Assembly: GCF_963921235.1 (NCBI RefSeq)
Contig: NC_086097.1
Coordinates: 244,902,001 to 244,966,000, forward strand
Source of the DNA: Mobula hypostoma
Lineage: Eukaryota
Reading direction: 5' to 3'
Length of the DNA stretch: 64,000 nucleotides
Positions 25,790 through 39,329 of this stretch are shown here, piece by piece (positions within the stretch are counted from its first letter, which is position 1; each line of letters opens with the position of its first letter). The notes beneath the pieces are model-generated. The model did not search any database. It saw nothing but the letters and a program-made list of their open reading frames with translations, and had not been told where the DNA came from. The position numbers and the translations under genes were made by a program.

Positions 25790-27560
25790 TATAAAACTAT
25801 ATCTATAGGAGCAGAATTAGGCCATTTGGCCAATTGAGTCTGCTGCACCATTTCATGAGGGCTAATGCAATTTTCTTCTTAGCTCCAGTCTCCTGTCTTC
25901 TCCCCGTATCCCTTCATGCCTCTGCCTCTGCCTTAAATATACATAAAGACCTGGCCTCCACAGCTGCCGGTGGCATCAAATTCCATAATTTTGCCACTCT
26001 CTGTCTAAAGAAATTCCTCCTTATCTCTGTTCTAAAAGGATATCCCTCTATTCTGAAGCTGTGTCCTCTGGTCTTAGACTCTTCCACCACAGGAAACATC
26101 CTCTCCACATCCACTCTATCAAGGCCTTTCAACATTCGATAGGTTTCAATGAGGTCACCCCTCATTCTTCTGAATTCCAATGAATACAGGCCAAGAGACG
26201 TCAGACATATGATAAGCCTTTCTGACCTGGAATAATTTTCATGAAGCTCCTTTAAACTCTCTCCAGTTTCAGCACATTCTAAGATAAGGACCCAAAACTT
26301 TTCGCAGTACTTCAAGTGAGGCCTTACCAGTGCTTAATAAAATCTCAACATTACATTCTTGCTTTTATATTCCAGTCCTCTTGAAATGAATGCTAGCATT
26401 GCATTTGTCTTCCTCACTATAGACTCGACCTACAAATTAACCTTTAGGAAATCCTGCACAAGCATTTCCAAGTCCCTTTGAACCGCTGTATTTTTGTATT
26501 TTCTCACCATTTCGAAAATAGTCAACCCTTTCATTTCTTCAACCAAAGTGTACGACCATACACTTCCTGAACCTGTAATCCATCTGCCATTTCTTTGCCC
26601 ATTCTGTGAATGTGTCTAGTCCTTCTGTTGTCTCTCCACTGCCTCAAAACTACCTGCTCTTCCACTTATCTTCATATCATTCGCAAACTTTGCAACAAAG
26701 CCATCAGTTCCATCATTCAAATCATTAACATACAACATGTAAAGAATCAGTCCCAACACAGACCCCTCTGGAACACCACTAGTCACCGGCAGCCAACCAG
26801 AAATCTTTCCTGTAATACCATGGGCTCATAGCTTTTTAAGCAGCCTCATGTGTGGCACCATGTCAAAGCCCTTCTGAAATTCCAAGTACACAATATCAAC
26901 CAATTTTCCTTTGTCTGTCCTGCTTGTTATTTCTTCAATGAATTACAACAGATTTGTCAGACAAGATTTTCCCTTGAAACCATGCTGACTGTGACCTATT
27001 TTATCATGTGCCTCCAAGTACACTGTGAGTACATCCTTAACGATCGACTCCAATATCTTCTCAACCACTGAGTTCAGACTAACTAGCCTAAGTTTCCATT
27101 CTTCTGCCTCTCTCCCTTCTTAAAGGGTGGAGTGACATTTGAAATTTTTCAGTCTTCCACCCATTCCGGAATCTAGAGATTCTTGAAAGTTCATTACTAA
27201 TGCTTCACAGTCTCTTCAGACTAGCTTCAGAAATCTCAGTTTCCCAAGAACCTTCTCCCTAGTAATGGCAAAAGCATACACTTCATGACCCCATGACACC
27301 TGGAACTTCCACCATACTGCTAGTGTCGTCCATAGAGAAAACATTTGCAAAATACTTATACGGTTTGTCCACCATTTCGTTGTCTCCTATTACTACCTCT
27401 CCTGCATCGTTTTCCAGCTATCTGATATCCACTCTCACATGTCTTATATACATGATGTATCTGAAGAAACTTTTGATATCCTTTTTGATATTATTGGCTA
27501 GCTTACTTTTATATTCCATTTTAACCTTAATTACTTTTTTTAAATGCCTTCTGTTGGTAC
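25790..27560 (-). mobile_element. CR1 LINE ORF2 fragment (decayed)
   Basis: LGLYSLEFRRMRGDLIETYRMLKG and KMEYKSKLANNIK. 3' tail at about 25790-25850. Confidence 0.85.
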
Positions 27561-27562
27561 TA

Positions 27563-30500
27563 AGATCATAAGATGTAGGAACAGAATTAGGCCATTTGAC
27601 CCCCAAGTCTGCTGAGCCATTCAATCATGGTTGATCCTTTTTTTCCCCTCCTTAGCCCCACTCCCCGGCCTTTTCGCCATAACCTTTAATGCCGTGTCCA
27701 ATCAAGAACCTATCATTCTCTGACTTAAATACAGCTATCAACCTGGCCTCCACAGCTGCCTGTGGTAACAAATTCCGCAATTCACCACCCTCTGGTAAAT
27801 AAAATTTCTCTGCATTTCTGCTTTAAGTGCATGCCCCTCTATCCTGAGGCTGTGCCCTCTAGTCCTAGACTCCCCCAACATGAGAACCATCCTTTCCATA
27901 TCTCCTCTGTCTAGGCCTTTTAAGATTCGAAAGGTTTCAATAAGATCCCCTCTCATCCTTCTGAATTCCAGCAAGTACAGACCCAAAGCCATCAAACGTT
28001 CCTCAGGTGATAACTCTTTCAATCCTGGAATTATCCTTTTCAACCTCCTCTGAACCCTCTCCAATGCCAGCACATCTTTTCTTAGATAAGGAGCCCAAAA
28101 CTGTTCACAATACTCATGATGAGGCCTTACCACAACCTTATAAAGTTTCAGCATCACAGCCCTACTCTTGTATTCTAGACCTCTTGAAATGAATGCTGAC
28201 ATTGCATTTGCCTTCCTCATCACCAACTCAACCTGCAGGTTAACCTTCAGTCTGATCTACATAGAACATAGAATAGTACAGCACAGTACAGGCCCTTCGG
28301 CTCACAATGTTGTGCCGACCCTCAAACCCTGCCTCCCATATAACCCTCCACCTTAAATTCCTCCATATACCTGTCTAGTAGTCTCCCAAGTCCCTTTGCA
28401 TCTCAGATTTTTTGATTTTCTCCCTATTTAGAAAATAGTCTGCACATTTATTTCTACTACCAAAGTGCATGACCATGCATTTTCCAACATTGTATTTCAT
28501 TTGCCACTCTCTTGCCCATTCTCCTAATCTGTCTAAATCCTTTTGTAGACTACCTGTTTCCACTACACTACCTGCCCCTCCACCAGTCTTGCAGTCATGT
28601 GCAAACTTGTCAACAAAGCCATCTATTCCATCATCTAAATCATTGATTACACAGCATTAAAAGAAGTGGTCCCAGCAATGACTCCTGTTGATCACCACTA
28701 ATCACTGGCAACTGGCCAGAAAAGGATCCTTTTATTCCCACTCAGTGCCTCCTGTCAATCAGCTGATGCTGTAACCATGCCAGTCATTTTCTTGTAGTAC
28801 CATGGGCTCTTAACTTTGTAAGCAACCTCATGTGTGGCAGCTTGTCAATGACCTTCCGAAAGCCCAAATATACAATATCCACTTCTTCCCCTTTATCTGT
28901 CCTACTTGTAATCTCCTCAATGAATTCCAACAGGTTCATCAGGCAAGATTTCCCCTGAAGGAAACAATGGTAACTTTGTCCCGTTTTGTCCCATATCACC
29001 AAGTACTCCATAACCTCATCCTTAACAATTGACTCCAACATCTTCCCAACCACTGAGGTTGGGTTAACTGTTCTATAATTTCCTTTCTGCTGGCTTCCTC
29101 CTTTCTTAAAGAGTGGAGTCACATTTGCAATTTTCCAGTCCTCTGGCACCATGCCAGAGTCGAATGATTTTTGAAAGTTCACTACTAATGCCCCCACAAT
29201 CTCTATCGCTCCCTCTTTCAGAACCCTTGGGTGCAGTTTATCTGGTCTGGCTGACTTGTGTTCTTTCAGCTTTTTGAGCACCTTCTTCCCTGTAATAGTA
29301 ACTGCACTCACTTCTCGTCCTTCACACACAACAATATCTTGAGTCTTCCACAGTGAAGGCTGATGTAAAATACTCATTTAGTTCACTTGTCATCTCCTTG
29401 TCCCCCATTATTATTTCTCTGGCTTCATTTTGTAGTGGTCCTATATTCACTCTCATCTCTCTTTTATTTCTTACATACTTGAAAAAGCTTTTGCTATCCA
29501 CTTTGATATTGTTTGCTAGCTTGCTTTCATATTTCATCTTTTCCCTCCTAATGATTCTTTTAGTTGAGCTCTGTAGGTTTTTAAAAGCTTCCCAATTCTC
29601 CATCTTCCCACTAATTCTTGCTTTGTTGTATGCCCTCTCTTGCTTTTACATTAGCTTTGACTTCCCTTGTCAGCTACAGTTGTACTTTTTTGCCATTTGA
29701 GTATTTTTTTGTTTTTGGAATACATATATCCTGTGCCCTCCTCATTTTTCCCAGAAATGCAAGCCATTGCTGCTCTGCTGTCATCCCTGCCAACATCTCC
29801 ATCCAATTTACTTTGGCCAACTCCTCTCTCATACCACTGTAATTTCCTTCACTCCACTAAGACTGCTACATCAGACTTTACTTACTCCCTATCAAAATTC
29901 AAGTTGAACACAATCATATTGTGATCACCGTCTCCTGAGAATTCTTTTACCTTAAGCTCTCTTAATCGTCTGCAGTTCATTACATAACGCCCAACCAGTA
30001 TAGCTGATCCCCTCGTAGGCTTAATGACAACCTGCTCTAAAAAGCCATCTCATAGGCATTCAACAAACTCACTCTCTTGAGATCTATTACCAACCTGATT
30101 TTCCAAATCGAACTGCAAGTTAAAATCTCCCATGACTATCACAATATTGCCTTTTCTATTTCCCGTTGTAATTTGTAGTCCAAATCCCAGCTATTGTTGG
30201 GAGGCCTATATATAACTGCTATCAGGGTCCTTTTACCCTTGCAGTTTCTTAACTCAACCAACAAGAATTCAGCATCTTCTGAACCTATGTCACATCTTTC
30301 TGCTGATCTGATGCCATTCTTTACCAGCAGAATCACACCACCCCCCACCCCACCTACTTTCCTATACCTCTGATGCAATGCGTAAGCTTGGACATTCAGC
30401 TCCTAACTACAACCATCCCTCAACCATGATCCAGTGATTGCCACAACATCATACATGGCAACCTGTAGAAGAGCAACAAGATCATCCACCTTATTTCCTA

Positions 30501-31250
30501 TACTCCGTGCATTGAGATATAACACTTTGAATACTGTATTTGCTACCCTTTTCGATTCTGCATCCCTAATGCACTGATACTCACCCCGCTGGCTGCAATT
30601 TTGTCCTATCATCTGCCTGCCCTTCCTGACAGTCTTACTCACACTGTCTTTGCCTTTTTTAACCATCCATCCTATCCAAACTCCCTTCACTCCATTCCCA
30701 ACCCCCTGCCAAATTAGTTTAAACCCTCCCCAGCATCTCTAACAAACCTGCCCAGAAAAATATTGGTCCCCATCGGATTCAGGTGCAATCCATCACTTTT
30801 TTTGTACAGTTCGTATCTCCTCCAGAAGCGATCTCAGTGATCTAAGAACCTGACGCCCTGCCCAGCTTCTCAGCCACAACATTTATCTGCCAAATCATCT
30901 TGTTTCTACACTCACTGGCGTGTGACACAGGTAGCAATCCAGAAGTTACTACCCTGGAGGTTCTGCTTCCCACATTTCTGCCTAGCTCTCTAAATTCTCC
31001 TTCAGGACTTCTTTGCTTTTCCTTCCTGTGTCATTGGTATGAATATGTACCAAGAAATCTGGCTGTTCTCCAGAACTCCCTAACTCTGGCACCTGGGAGG
31101 CAACGTACCATCCAAGTGTCCCATTCATGTGCACAGAATCTCCTGTCTTTTCCCCTATTGAGGCCCCTATCACTACCACCCCCTTCTTCTCCCTCTTTCC
31201 CTTCTTTCCCTTCTGAAAGCTTCCCAATCCTCTAATTTTCCCACTAATCC
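27563..31250 (-). mobile_element. Long decayed CR1 LINE (ORF1 end, APE, RT, 3' tail) with a short CR1 tail inserted at about 28261-28385
   Basis: LYLNARSIGNKVDDL, AVIYRPPN, WKIANVTPLFKKG, SCLMNLLEF and LEFRRMRGDLIETF motifs. ORF1-like LVHIHTND at 30982-31257. Confidence 0.9.
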
Positions 31251-32375
31251 CTCCCACTCATTCCTGGAACATTAAGCTGCCAGTCCTGCTCCCACAATCA
31301 AGTCTCATGAATGGCTACAATGTTGTAATTCCACGTGCTGACCCATGCCTTAAGTTTATCCACTTTTCCTACAATACTCCTTGCATGGTAAAAGTACATA
31401 ACTCAGAACTTTAGTCCCACCATGCTCAATCTTTCAATTCCTGAGTTTGTATGGAGGCTTAACCCCATCTTTCCCCACAACCACTCTGTATTTTTCCCTC
31501 TTTTTTTGCACTGCTTATTTAATTTTTCTTTTCTATATGTACTTCTTACTGTGATTTATAGCTTTTATTATTATGTATTGCTGCCGCAAAACAACAGATT
31601 TCATGATACATGCAAGTGATATTAAATCTGATTCTGATTTCAATTCTATCTGCTCTGGTTCGCACCTCCCCGCACACCGCAACTCCAGTTTGGCCACTAC
31701 CAATACCCTTGTGTTAACAATTTTTTATTAGACTGTGGTACTCTTGCTGCTTGTGGTCCCCCGGGTGTTGGACATTTTCAGTGTTTAAGGGGCTTCCCCA
31801 CCCACCTGAGCCCCTCCCTGTGCTGGAGGGGAAGGAGATCAGGCTGTGGTCTTTACAGAGTCTTTGCGGTTGCTATACTGTGTATTCAGTGCATTCCTCA
31901 GCCCATACTCCTACAGTTTGGTGTGTGCCAGGGTGCAGTATTCCATTTCAGACATCTCGCTGTGCTGGAAAACCAGCAAGTCTTGGGCAGACTGAAGGGA
32001 GCCTTGCACTGAGTTGATGGTCTTCTAGCAGCATCCAGTATCTGTCTCAGTTTGTGTCCTAGGACAGCCCTCTGTTGTGCAGCTACTTGCAATCAATTGA
32101 GATGAGGATGCACATCCATCTCCTTGCCCTGTTAGCAAATCCACAGTCTCCCAAGCAATGGAATGCTGTATTTTCCTCACCACTGCCATCACTAGGGCAG
32201 CCTGCATTGGTGAAGATACTTTAAGTCTGAAATTATTTCAGAATTGTACTGTGAGCCAATCGGAATCAGGTTTAATATCACTAGCATACTGTATACTGTG
32301 AATTTTTTTAACTTTGCTGCAACAGTACAATGTAATACATAATAGAAAAAAAAATTGAATTACAGTAAGTATATA

Positions 32376-33904
32376 CAGTGCCAAAAATGTATTCACACTC
32401 CTGCCACCTTGGAAGTTTTCATGTTTTATTGTTTTACAACATTGAATCACAGTAGATTTAATTTGGCTTTTTTTGACACTGATCGACAGAAAGAGACTCT
32501 TTCCTGTCAAAGTGAAATCCGATCTCTACAAAGTGATCTAAATTAATTACAAATATAAATCACAAAATAATTGATTGCGTAAGTATTCACCCCTTTTAAT
32601 ATGACACACCAAATCATCACTGGTGCAGCCAATTAGTTTTAATAGTCATATAATTATTTAAATGGCAATCACCGTATGCAATCAAAGTGTTTCAATTGAT
32701 TGTAGTAAAAATACACCTATAACTGGAAGGTCCAACCATTGTGGAATCAGTATCCTTGTTAAAAAAGACAAAAGAACACTCCAGGCAACTCCACGAGAAG
32801 ATTATTGAAAAGCACAAGTCAGGAGATGGATACAAGTAAATTTCCAAGTTACTGAATATCCCTTGGAGTAGTTAAGTCATTCATCAAGAAATGGAAAGGA
32901 TATGCCAAAGCTGTAAACCTGCCTAGAGCAGGCTGAGTGACCGTGCAAGAAGGGGGCTAGTGAGAGAAGTTACCAAGAGACCTATGACAACTCTGGAGGA
33001 GTTACAAGCTTCAGTGGCTGAGATTGGAGACTGCACAGGCAACAACTGTTGCCTGGGTGCTTTACCAGTCACAGCTTTATGGAAGAATGGCCAAGAGAAA
33101 GGCTCTTTTGGAAAAAAATCTCACATGAAATCTCGGCTAGAGTTTGCCAGAAGATATGTAGGAGACTCTGAAGTCAGCTGGAAGAAGGTTCTATGGTCTG
33201 ATGAAACTAAAATTGAACTTTTTGGCCATCAGACTAAGCCAAATGCTGCACATTATCAAAAACACACCATTCCTACAGTGAAGCACGGTAGTGGCTGCAC
33301 CATGCAGCAAAATACAGGGAAATCCTGGTGGATAACCTGATGCAGCCTGCAAGAGAACTGCAACTTTGGACAAGATCTGTTTTCCAGGAAGACAATGACC
33401 TCAAGCATAAAGCCAAAGCTGACCAGGAGTGGCTTAAAAATAACAAAGTTAATATCCTGCAGTGGCTAAACGAGAGTCCAGACTTCAATCCAATTGAGAA
33501 TTTGTGGCTGGACTTGAAAAGGGCTGTTCGCTCACAATCCCCATGCAATCTGACTGAGCTTGAGCAATTTTTTAAAGAAGAATGGGGAAAAATTGCAGTG
33601 TCCAGATGTGCAAAGCTGATGGAGACCTATCCACACAGACTCAAGGCTGTATTACTGCCAAAGGTGGAACTACTAAATACTGAATTAAAGGGGATGAATA
33701 TTTATGCTGTCAATTATTTTGTGCTGTATATTTGTAATTAATTTTGATCACTCTGTACACATCTGTTTTCACTTTGACACCGAAGAGTCTTTTTCTGTTG
33801 ATCAGTGTCAAAAAAATCCAAATTAAATCCACTGGGATTCAGTGTTGTAAAACAATAAAACCTAAAAACTTTTTTGGGGGGGTGAATACTTCTTATGGAC
33901 TCTA
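32376..33904 (+). mobile_element. Tc1-family DNA transposon with long IR/DR-type TIRs and disabled transposase; inserted in a Rex1-like tail
   Basis: TA|CAGTGCC start, about 200-nt inverted ends finishing GGTGAATACTTCTT. Inner repeat AAGTATTCACCCC at 32581. Peptides KVLWSDETKIELFG, FQEDNDLKH and SPDFNPIENLW give the DDE triad. Confidence 0.93.
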
Positions 33905-34454
33905 TAGATAAAATAGTTAAATAAATAGTGCAAAGGTATAGAAATAAAAAAGTAGTGAGGTAGTGTTCATTCAGAAATCGGATGGCAGAGAGGAAGAAGC
34001 TGTTCCTGAGTGTGTGCCTTCAGGCTTCTACACCTCCTTCCTGATGAGAAGAGGATTGTCCTGGGTGAAAGGGGTCCTCAATGATGAACTTTGCCTTTTT
34101 GAGGCATCGCTTCTTAATGTTATCCTGGATACTACAGAGGCTAGTGCCCATGATGGAGCTGACTACTTTTACAACCATCTGCAGCTTATTCCGATCAATG
34201 GCAGTGCCATGGTGATGAGGTGAGATGATTAGCATCTAAATGCTGTTGATTGACAGCACACACCAGGGTGAGGTGGGAGAGGCAGATATGCTCGGGACTT
34301 TTAAGAGACTCTTAAATAGGCACACGGATGATAGAAAAATGAAGGGCTGTGTAGGAGGGAAGGCTTAGATTGATCTTGGAGTAGGCCATGATGTGGGCTG
34401 TAGGGTTTTTTACTGTGCTGTTGTATATTCCATGAAGGTTCACTTACAGGTGAA

Positions 34455-35835
34455 AAGAGTTGAACTGACTTTATTTCTTACATCCTTCAATAAAGTAATG
34501 TAAAGGTTTTTACTCCTTGTCTTCATCTAAATGTGCAATGTGCAATCATAGTAATTTATAATAATTTATAATAAATAGAACTGTCAGTGTAATATAGAGT
34601 ACACTCAAATCAGCGTGAGTTGACCAGTCTGATGGCCTGGTGGAAGAAGCTGTCCCGGTGCCTGTTGGTCCTGGCTTTTATCCTGCAGTACCACTTCCCG
34701 GATGGTAGCAGCTGGAATAGTTTGTGGTTGGGGTGACTCGGGTCCCCAATAATCCTTTGGGCCCTCTTTACACACCTGTCCTTGTAAATGTCCTGAAGAG
34801 TCCTGCAATTGAGGAAGGTACGGTTCCCATACCAGGCAGTGATGCAGCCAGTCAGGATGCTCTCAATTATGCCCCTGTAGCAAGTTCTTAGGATTTGGAG
34901 ACCCATACCAAACATCCTCAACCGTCTGAGGTGAAAGAGGCGCTGTTGTGCCTTTTTCACCACACAGCTGGTGGTACAGACCACGTGAGGTCCTCGGTGA
35001 TGTGGATGCCGAGGAACTTAAAGCTGTTTATCCTCTCAACCCCAGATCCATCGATGTCAATAGGGGTTAGCCCGTCTCCATTCCTCCTGTAATCCACAAC
35101 TAGCTCCTTTGTTTTTGCGACCTTGAGGGAGAGGTTGTTTTCTTAACACCACTGTGTCAGAGAGATGACTTCTTCCCTGTAGGCCACCTCATTATTGTTT
35201 GAAATAAGGCCAATCAATGTAGTGTCATCAGCAAATTTAATTAGCAGATTAGAGCTGTGGGTGGCAACACAGTCATGGGTATACAGGGAGTAAAGGATGG
35301 GACTCAGTACGCAGCCCTGAGGGGCTCCTGTATTGAGGGTCAGAGAGGTGGAGGTGAGAGAGACAACTCTTACCACCTGCCGGCGATCTGACAGGAAGTC
35401 CAGGATCCAGCTGCACAAGGCAGGGTCAAGGCCAAGGTCTTTGAGCTTCTTGTCGAGCTTCGATGGAATTATGGTGTTGAATGCTGAAATGTAGTCCAAG
35501 AACAGCATTCTAACGTAAGCATCCTCCTCCAGATGTGTAAGGACGGTATATAGAGCAGTGGCTATTGTGTCGTCTGTCGAACGGTTGTGTCGGTTGGTGA
35601 ATTGTAGGGGGTTCAGTTTGGGTGGTTTCAAGCTGCAGATGTAATCCTTGACCAGCCTCTGAAAGTATTTGCTTATTATTGGGGTGAGTGTTACAGGATG
35701 CCAGTCATTCAGGCATGTTACCTTGGTCTTTTTTTGAAGTAGGAGGGCACTCTACACTGAGAGAGGGAGAGATTAAAAATGTCAGTAAACACACCTGCTA
35801 GTTGTGCTGCGCACATCCTGAGTACTCGCCCAGAG
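34455..35835 (-). mobile_element. Rex1/Babar-like LINE (RT and 3' end)
   Basis: NRSTDD, YVRMLFLDYISAFNTIIPSKL, GAPQGCVLSP, KFADDTT and KKAQQRLFHLRRL. Confidence 0.92.
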
Positions 35836-36061
35836 AATTCAAAGTTTAAAGTAAGTTTATTATAAAAGCACATATACAGCCCTGAGATTTGTTTTCTTGC
35901 AGGGGCAGTCGGAGTAAATACAAGAAATGAGATAGAATCAATTAAAAGTCCATACTGAACAGGCTGGACAAGTAACCAAAAACAAACCATAGAAACATAG
36001 AAAGCCTACAGCACAATACAGGCCCTTTGGCCCACAAAGTTGTGCCAAACATGTCCTTACA

Positions 36062-36165
36062 AGTGAAAACCTGCAGATGCTGGAACACACACAAAATGCT
36101 GGATTCTTGAGTCCTGATGAAGGGTCTTGGGCCAAAACTTCAACTGTTTACTCTCTTCCATGGAT
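36062..36165 (+). mobile_element. Penelope-like pLTR remnant with inverted 5' piece and degenerate hammerhead
   Basis: Reverse pLTR end (CTGCAGATGCTGGAA, CACAAAATGCTGGA) joined to forward AGTCCTGATGAAGGGTCTTGGGCCAAAAC. GAAA motif lost. Confidence 0.65.
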
Positions 36166-36689
36166 GGCAAACAGCCAATATGCAAAAGACAACAAACTGT
36201 GCAAATACAAAGGGGAATGGACGGGTGAATAAATAAATAAATAGCAATAAATATTGAGAATATGAGATGAAGAGTCCTTGAAAGTGAGTGCATAGGTTTT
36301 GAGAATTGTTCAGTGATGGGGCAAATGAAGTTATCCCTCAGGTTCAGGAGCCTGATGGTTGAGGGGTAATAGCTGTTCCTGAACCTGGTGGTGTGAGGGT
36401 CTTCGATGATGAATGCGGCAGTGCTCTGTGTGGATGTACTCAATTCTGAGGAGAAACTCAGCTGTATCCGCTATTTTTTGTAGGATTTTCCATTCAAGGG
36501 CATTGGTGTTTCCATACCAGGCTGTGATTCAACTGGCCAATTGAATTGTCAGTCTACAGAATGAGCAAAGTAGTATACTTTGGAGAATTGTAGTACAAAT
36601 GGACTTTATTGACAAATGCTGTGCAATTATTATTTATTCATTAGTCTTTGCAGAAACATAGAAGAAAACAACATCTGCTCTCACTCCAT

Positions 36690-37733
36690 CCTCCCACCAC
36701 CCCACTAGGAATAGGGTTCCCCTGGTCCTCACCTACCACCCCACCAGCCTCCGGGTCCAACATATTATTCTCCGTAACTTCCGCCACCTCCGACGGGATC
36801 CCACCACTAAGCACATCTTTCCCTCCCCACCTCTCTCTGCATTCCGCAAGGATAGCTCCCTACACAACTCCCTTGTCCATTCGTCCCCCCCATCCCTCCC
36901 CACTGATCTCCCTCCTGGCACTTATTCGTGTAAGCGGAACAAGTGCTACACATGCCCTTACACTTCCTCCCTTACCACCATTCAGGGCCCCAAACAGTCC
37001 TTCCAGGTGAGGCATCACTTCACCTGTGAGTCGACTGGGGTGATATACTACGTCCGGTGCTCCCGATGTGGCCTTTTATATATTGGTGAGACCCGACGCA
37101 GACTGGGAGACCGTTTTGCTGAACATCTACGCTCTGTCCGCCAGAGAAAGCAGGTTCTCCCAGTGGCCATACATTTTAATTCCACGTCCCATTCCCATTC
37201 TGACATGTCTATCCACGGCCTCCTCTACTGTAAAGATGAAGCCACACTCAGGTTGGAGGAACAACACCTTATATTCCGTCTGGGTAGCCTCCAACCTGAT
37301 GGCATGAACATCGACTTCTCTAACTTCCGCTAAGGCCCCACCTCCCCCTCGTACCCCATCTGTTACTCATTTTTATGCACACATTCTTTCTCTCACTCTC
37401 CTTTTTCTCCCTCTGTCCCTCTGAATATACCTCTTGCCCATCCTCTGGGTCACCCCCCCTCCTTGTCTTTCTTCCCGGACCTCCTGTCCCATGATCCTCT
37501 CGTATCCCCTTTTGCCTATCACCTGTCCAGCTCTCGGCTCTATCCCTCCCCCTCCTGTCTTCTCCTATCATTTTGCATCTCCCCCTCCCCCTCCAGCTTT
37601 CAAATCCCTTACTCACTCTTCCTTCAGTTAGTCCTGACGAAGGGTCTCGGCCTGAAACGTCGACTGCACCTCTTCCTATAGATGCTGCTTGGCCTGCTGC
37701 GTTCACCAGCAACTTTGATGTATGTTGCTTGAA
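36690..37733 (+). mobile_element. Penelope-like retroelement, 5'-truncated, near-identical to 15992-16988
   Basis: GIY-YIG ORF 37007-37333 differs from 16268-16594 at three residues. Same pLTR. Confidence 0.95.
37630..37665 (+). ncRNA. Minimal type I hammerhead ribozyme (PLE pLTR), intact core
   Basis: AGTCCTGACGAAGGGTCTCGGCCTGAAACGTCGACT, identical to 16890-16925. Confidence 0.85.
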
Positions 37734-37818
37734 AGTTGTGGTGTTCAATTGCAGTGAGATGTTAAAAGATAAGAATGTCAATGAGCTGACACCACTTCTT
37801 ATAAATCTTGTTTTGCAG

Positions 37819-37897
37819 GGAGTCGTTCCCAAATGACCTTCAGTTCAGCATTTTGATGCGTTTCACAGTTGATCAGACACAGACTCCAAATTTGAAG
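37819..37897 (+). CDS. CLASP2: CLASP2 coding exon: (R)ESFPNDLQFSILMRFTVDQTQTPNLK
   Basis: ttttgcAG|G GAG TCG to TTG AAG|GTTAGT, 79 nt, phase 2 to 0, compatible with the previous exon. ESFPNDLQF and MRFTVDQ fit CLASP2 better than CLASP1 as I recall it. Not in the ORF track. Confidence 0.97.
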
Positions 37898-39329
37898 GTT
37901 AGTTGTAAATACAGAAATCATCATTGCATTTTGCAGTTGTAACTTGCACAATGGACTCAGCTTTCCAGATCATCTGCCTTTCTTTCTATGAACTCCAATA
38001 CAGGCAGCTTTCAGGAAATCAAACCTTAGTCTTGCTTTTCACTTTCTTTTATAGTTCATACTTTGCTGTTCTTTAATAAATCAAATAGTAGAACTGAATA
38101 TGTCTCACTGCCAAGATATAACACGGCTATCCATTTATCCATCGTGTCACTAAGGAATATTTTGTACCACTTCTGATGCCGGAGCCTATGTAATTTAACA
38201 TTGCTGCAACAGAGCTCTGAATATTAACTTATTTTCATGTCTGATAGCCAAGGTAGCTATGGAAATTGCATTGTTTTATTCATTTATTAATATAGCTCAT
38301 AATTAGATATCCATTGGGCAATTCAGGCCATCAGCACCAGCAGAGTTGTCAGAGTCACATTTCACCATAGTCAATAACTTCATTTTCCAGCCTATCACTC
38401 ATTCCACCATTGTCATTACATTGATGAACCAACCCTGAAGGGCTGGTAGTATTTGTGCAATCACTCAATTCAAGTATGATGTTCTCTTTAGAGGTTGTCT
38501 ATTGGCGGTATCCAGGATCCACATATCCGGATGGGTTCCCCGAACGGAGAATGCCTGTGCATGACTTTGTTTACCATGGGGAGGTCAGCCACCACAATGT
38601 CCTTCACAGATTGGGGTCAGGGTCCAGTGCTACTCTATTCAAGGAGTGCTGAAAGGCATACTTTCATTTGGGGAGCCAGTCCTAACTACGGTGCAGCTGT
38701 ATACGGCTGCATATTAATAAGTGCAAACTGCAAGTAACAAACAAATTGTCATAAAATTGAAGTTCTATAGTCTGTCAAATCTAGTTCTAAACAGTCAAAG
38801 ACAAATGAGCAGCAAATTGGAAGAGGATGAAGAGATTCCAGGACCATCCCTGTTACTAGTGAAGGAAGCCCAACACATGAATTCCAAAGATCAAAGAGAA
38901 TTCCAAATGTACAGCTGCAAAAGTCTATTAGCTAAGAACAGAGAAAGAAAGACTAAAGATGCTGGGCCAGAGTTGTCAACTCTTCTTGTACCCCATGGAT
39001 AAGAGATTTGCAGATAAGTCAACCAATCAGATGGCCCCTATTCAAATAATACAATACCAGAGAACTTCCCAGAACTCGCAAAGAACTGTAACCATGAAGG
39101 TGCACAGTAAACAATTGTATATATGATCGCAAGAAAAGGAGGAGAAAAAAAAGGATCAGCCATGATTGAATGGCAGAGTAGACTCAATGGGCCAAATGGC
39201 CTAATTCTGCTCCTATGTCTTATAGTCTTACGGTCTAAACAGTTACATGTATATAGGTCGTTACATTAAAACATTAGTAGGCATAAAAGTTAAGCTGCAA
39301 AAAAAAAACAATTATACAGTCTAATCCAG

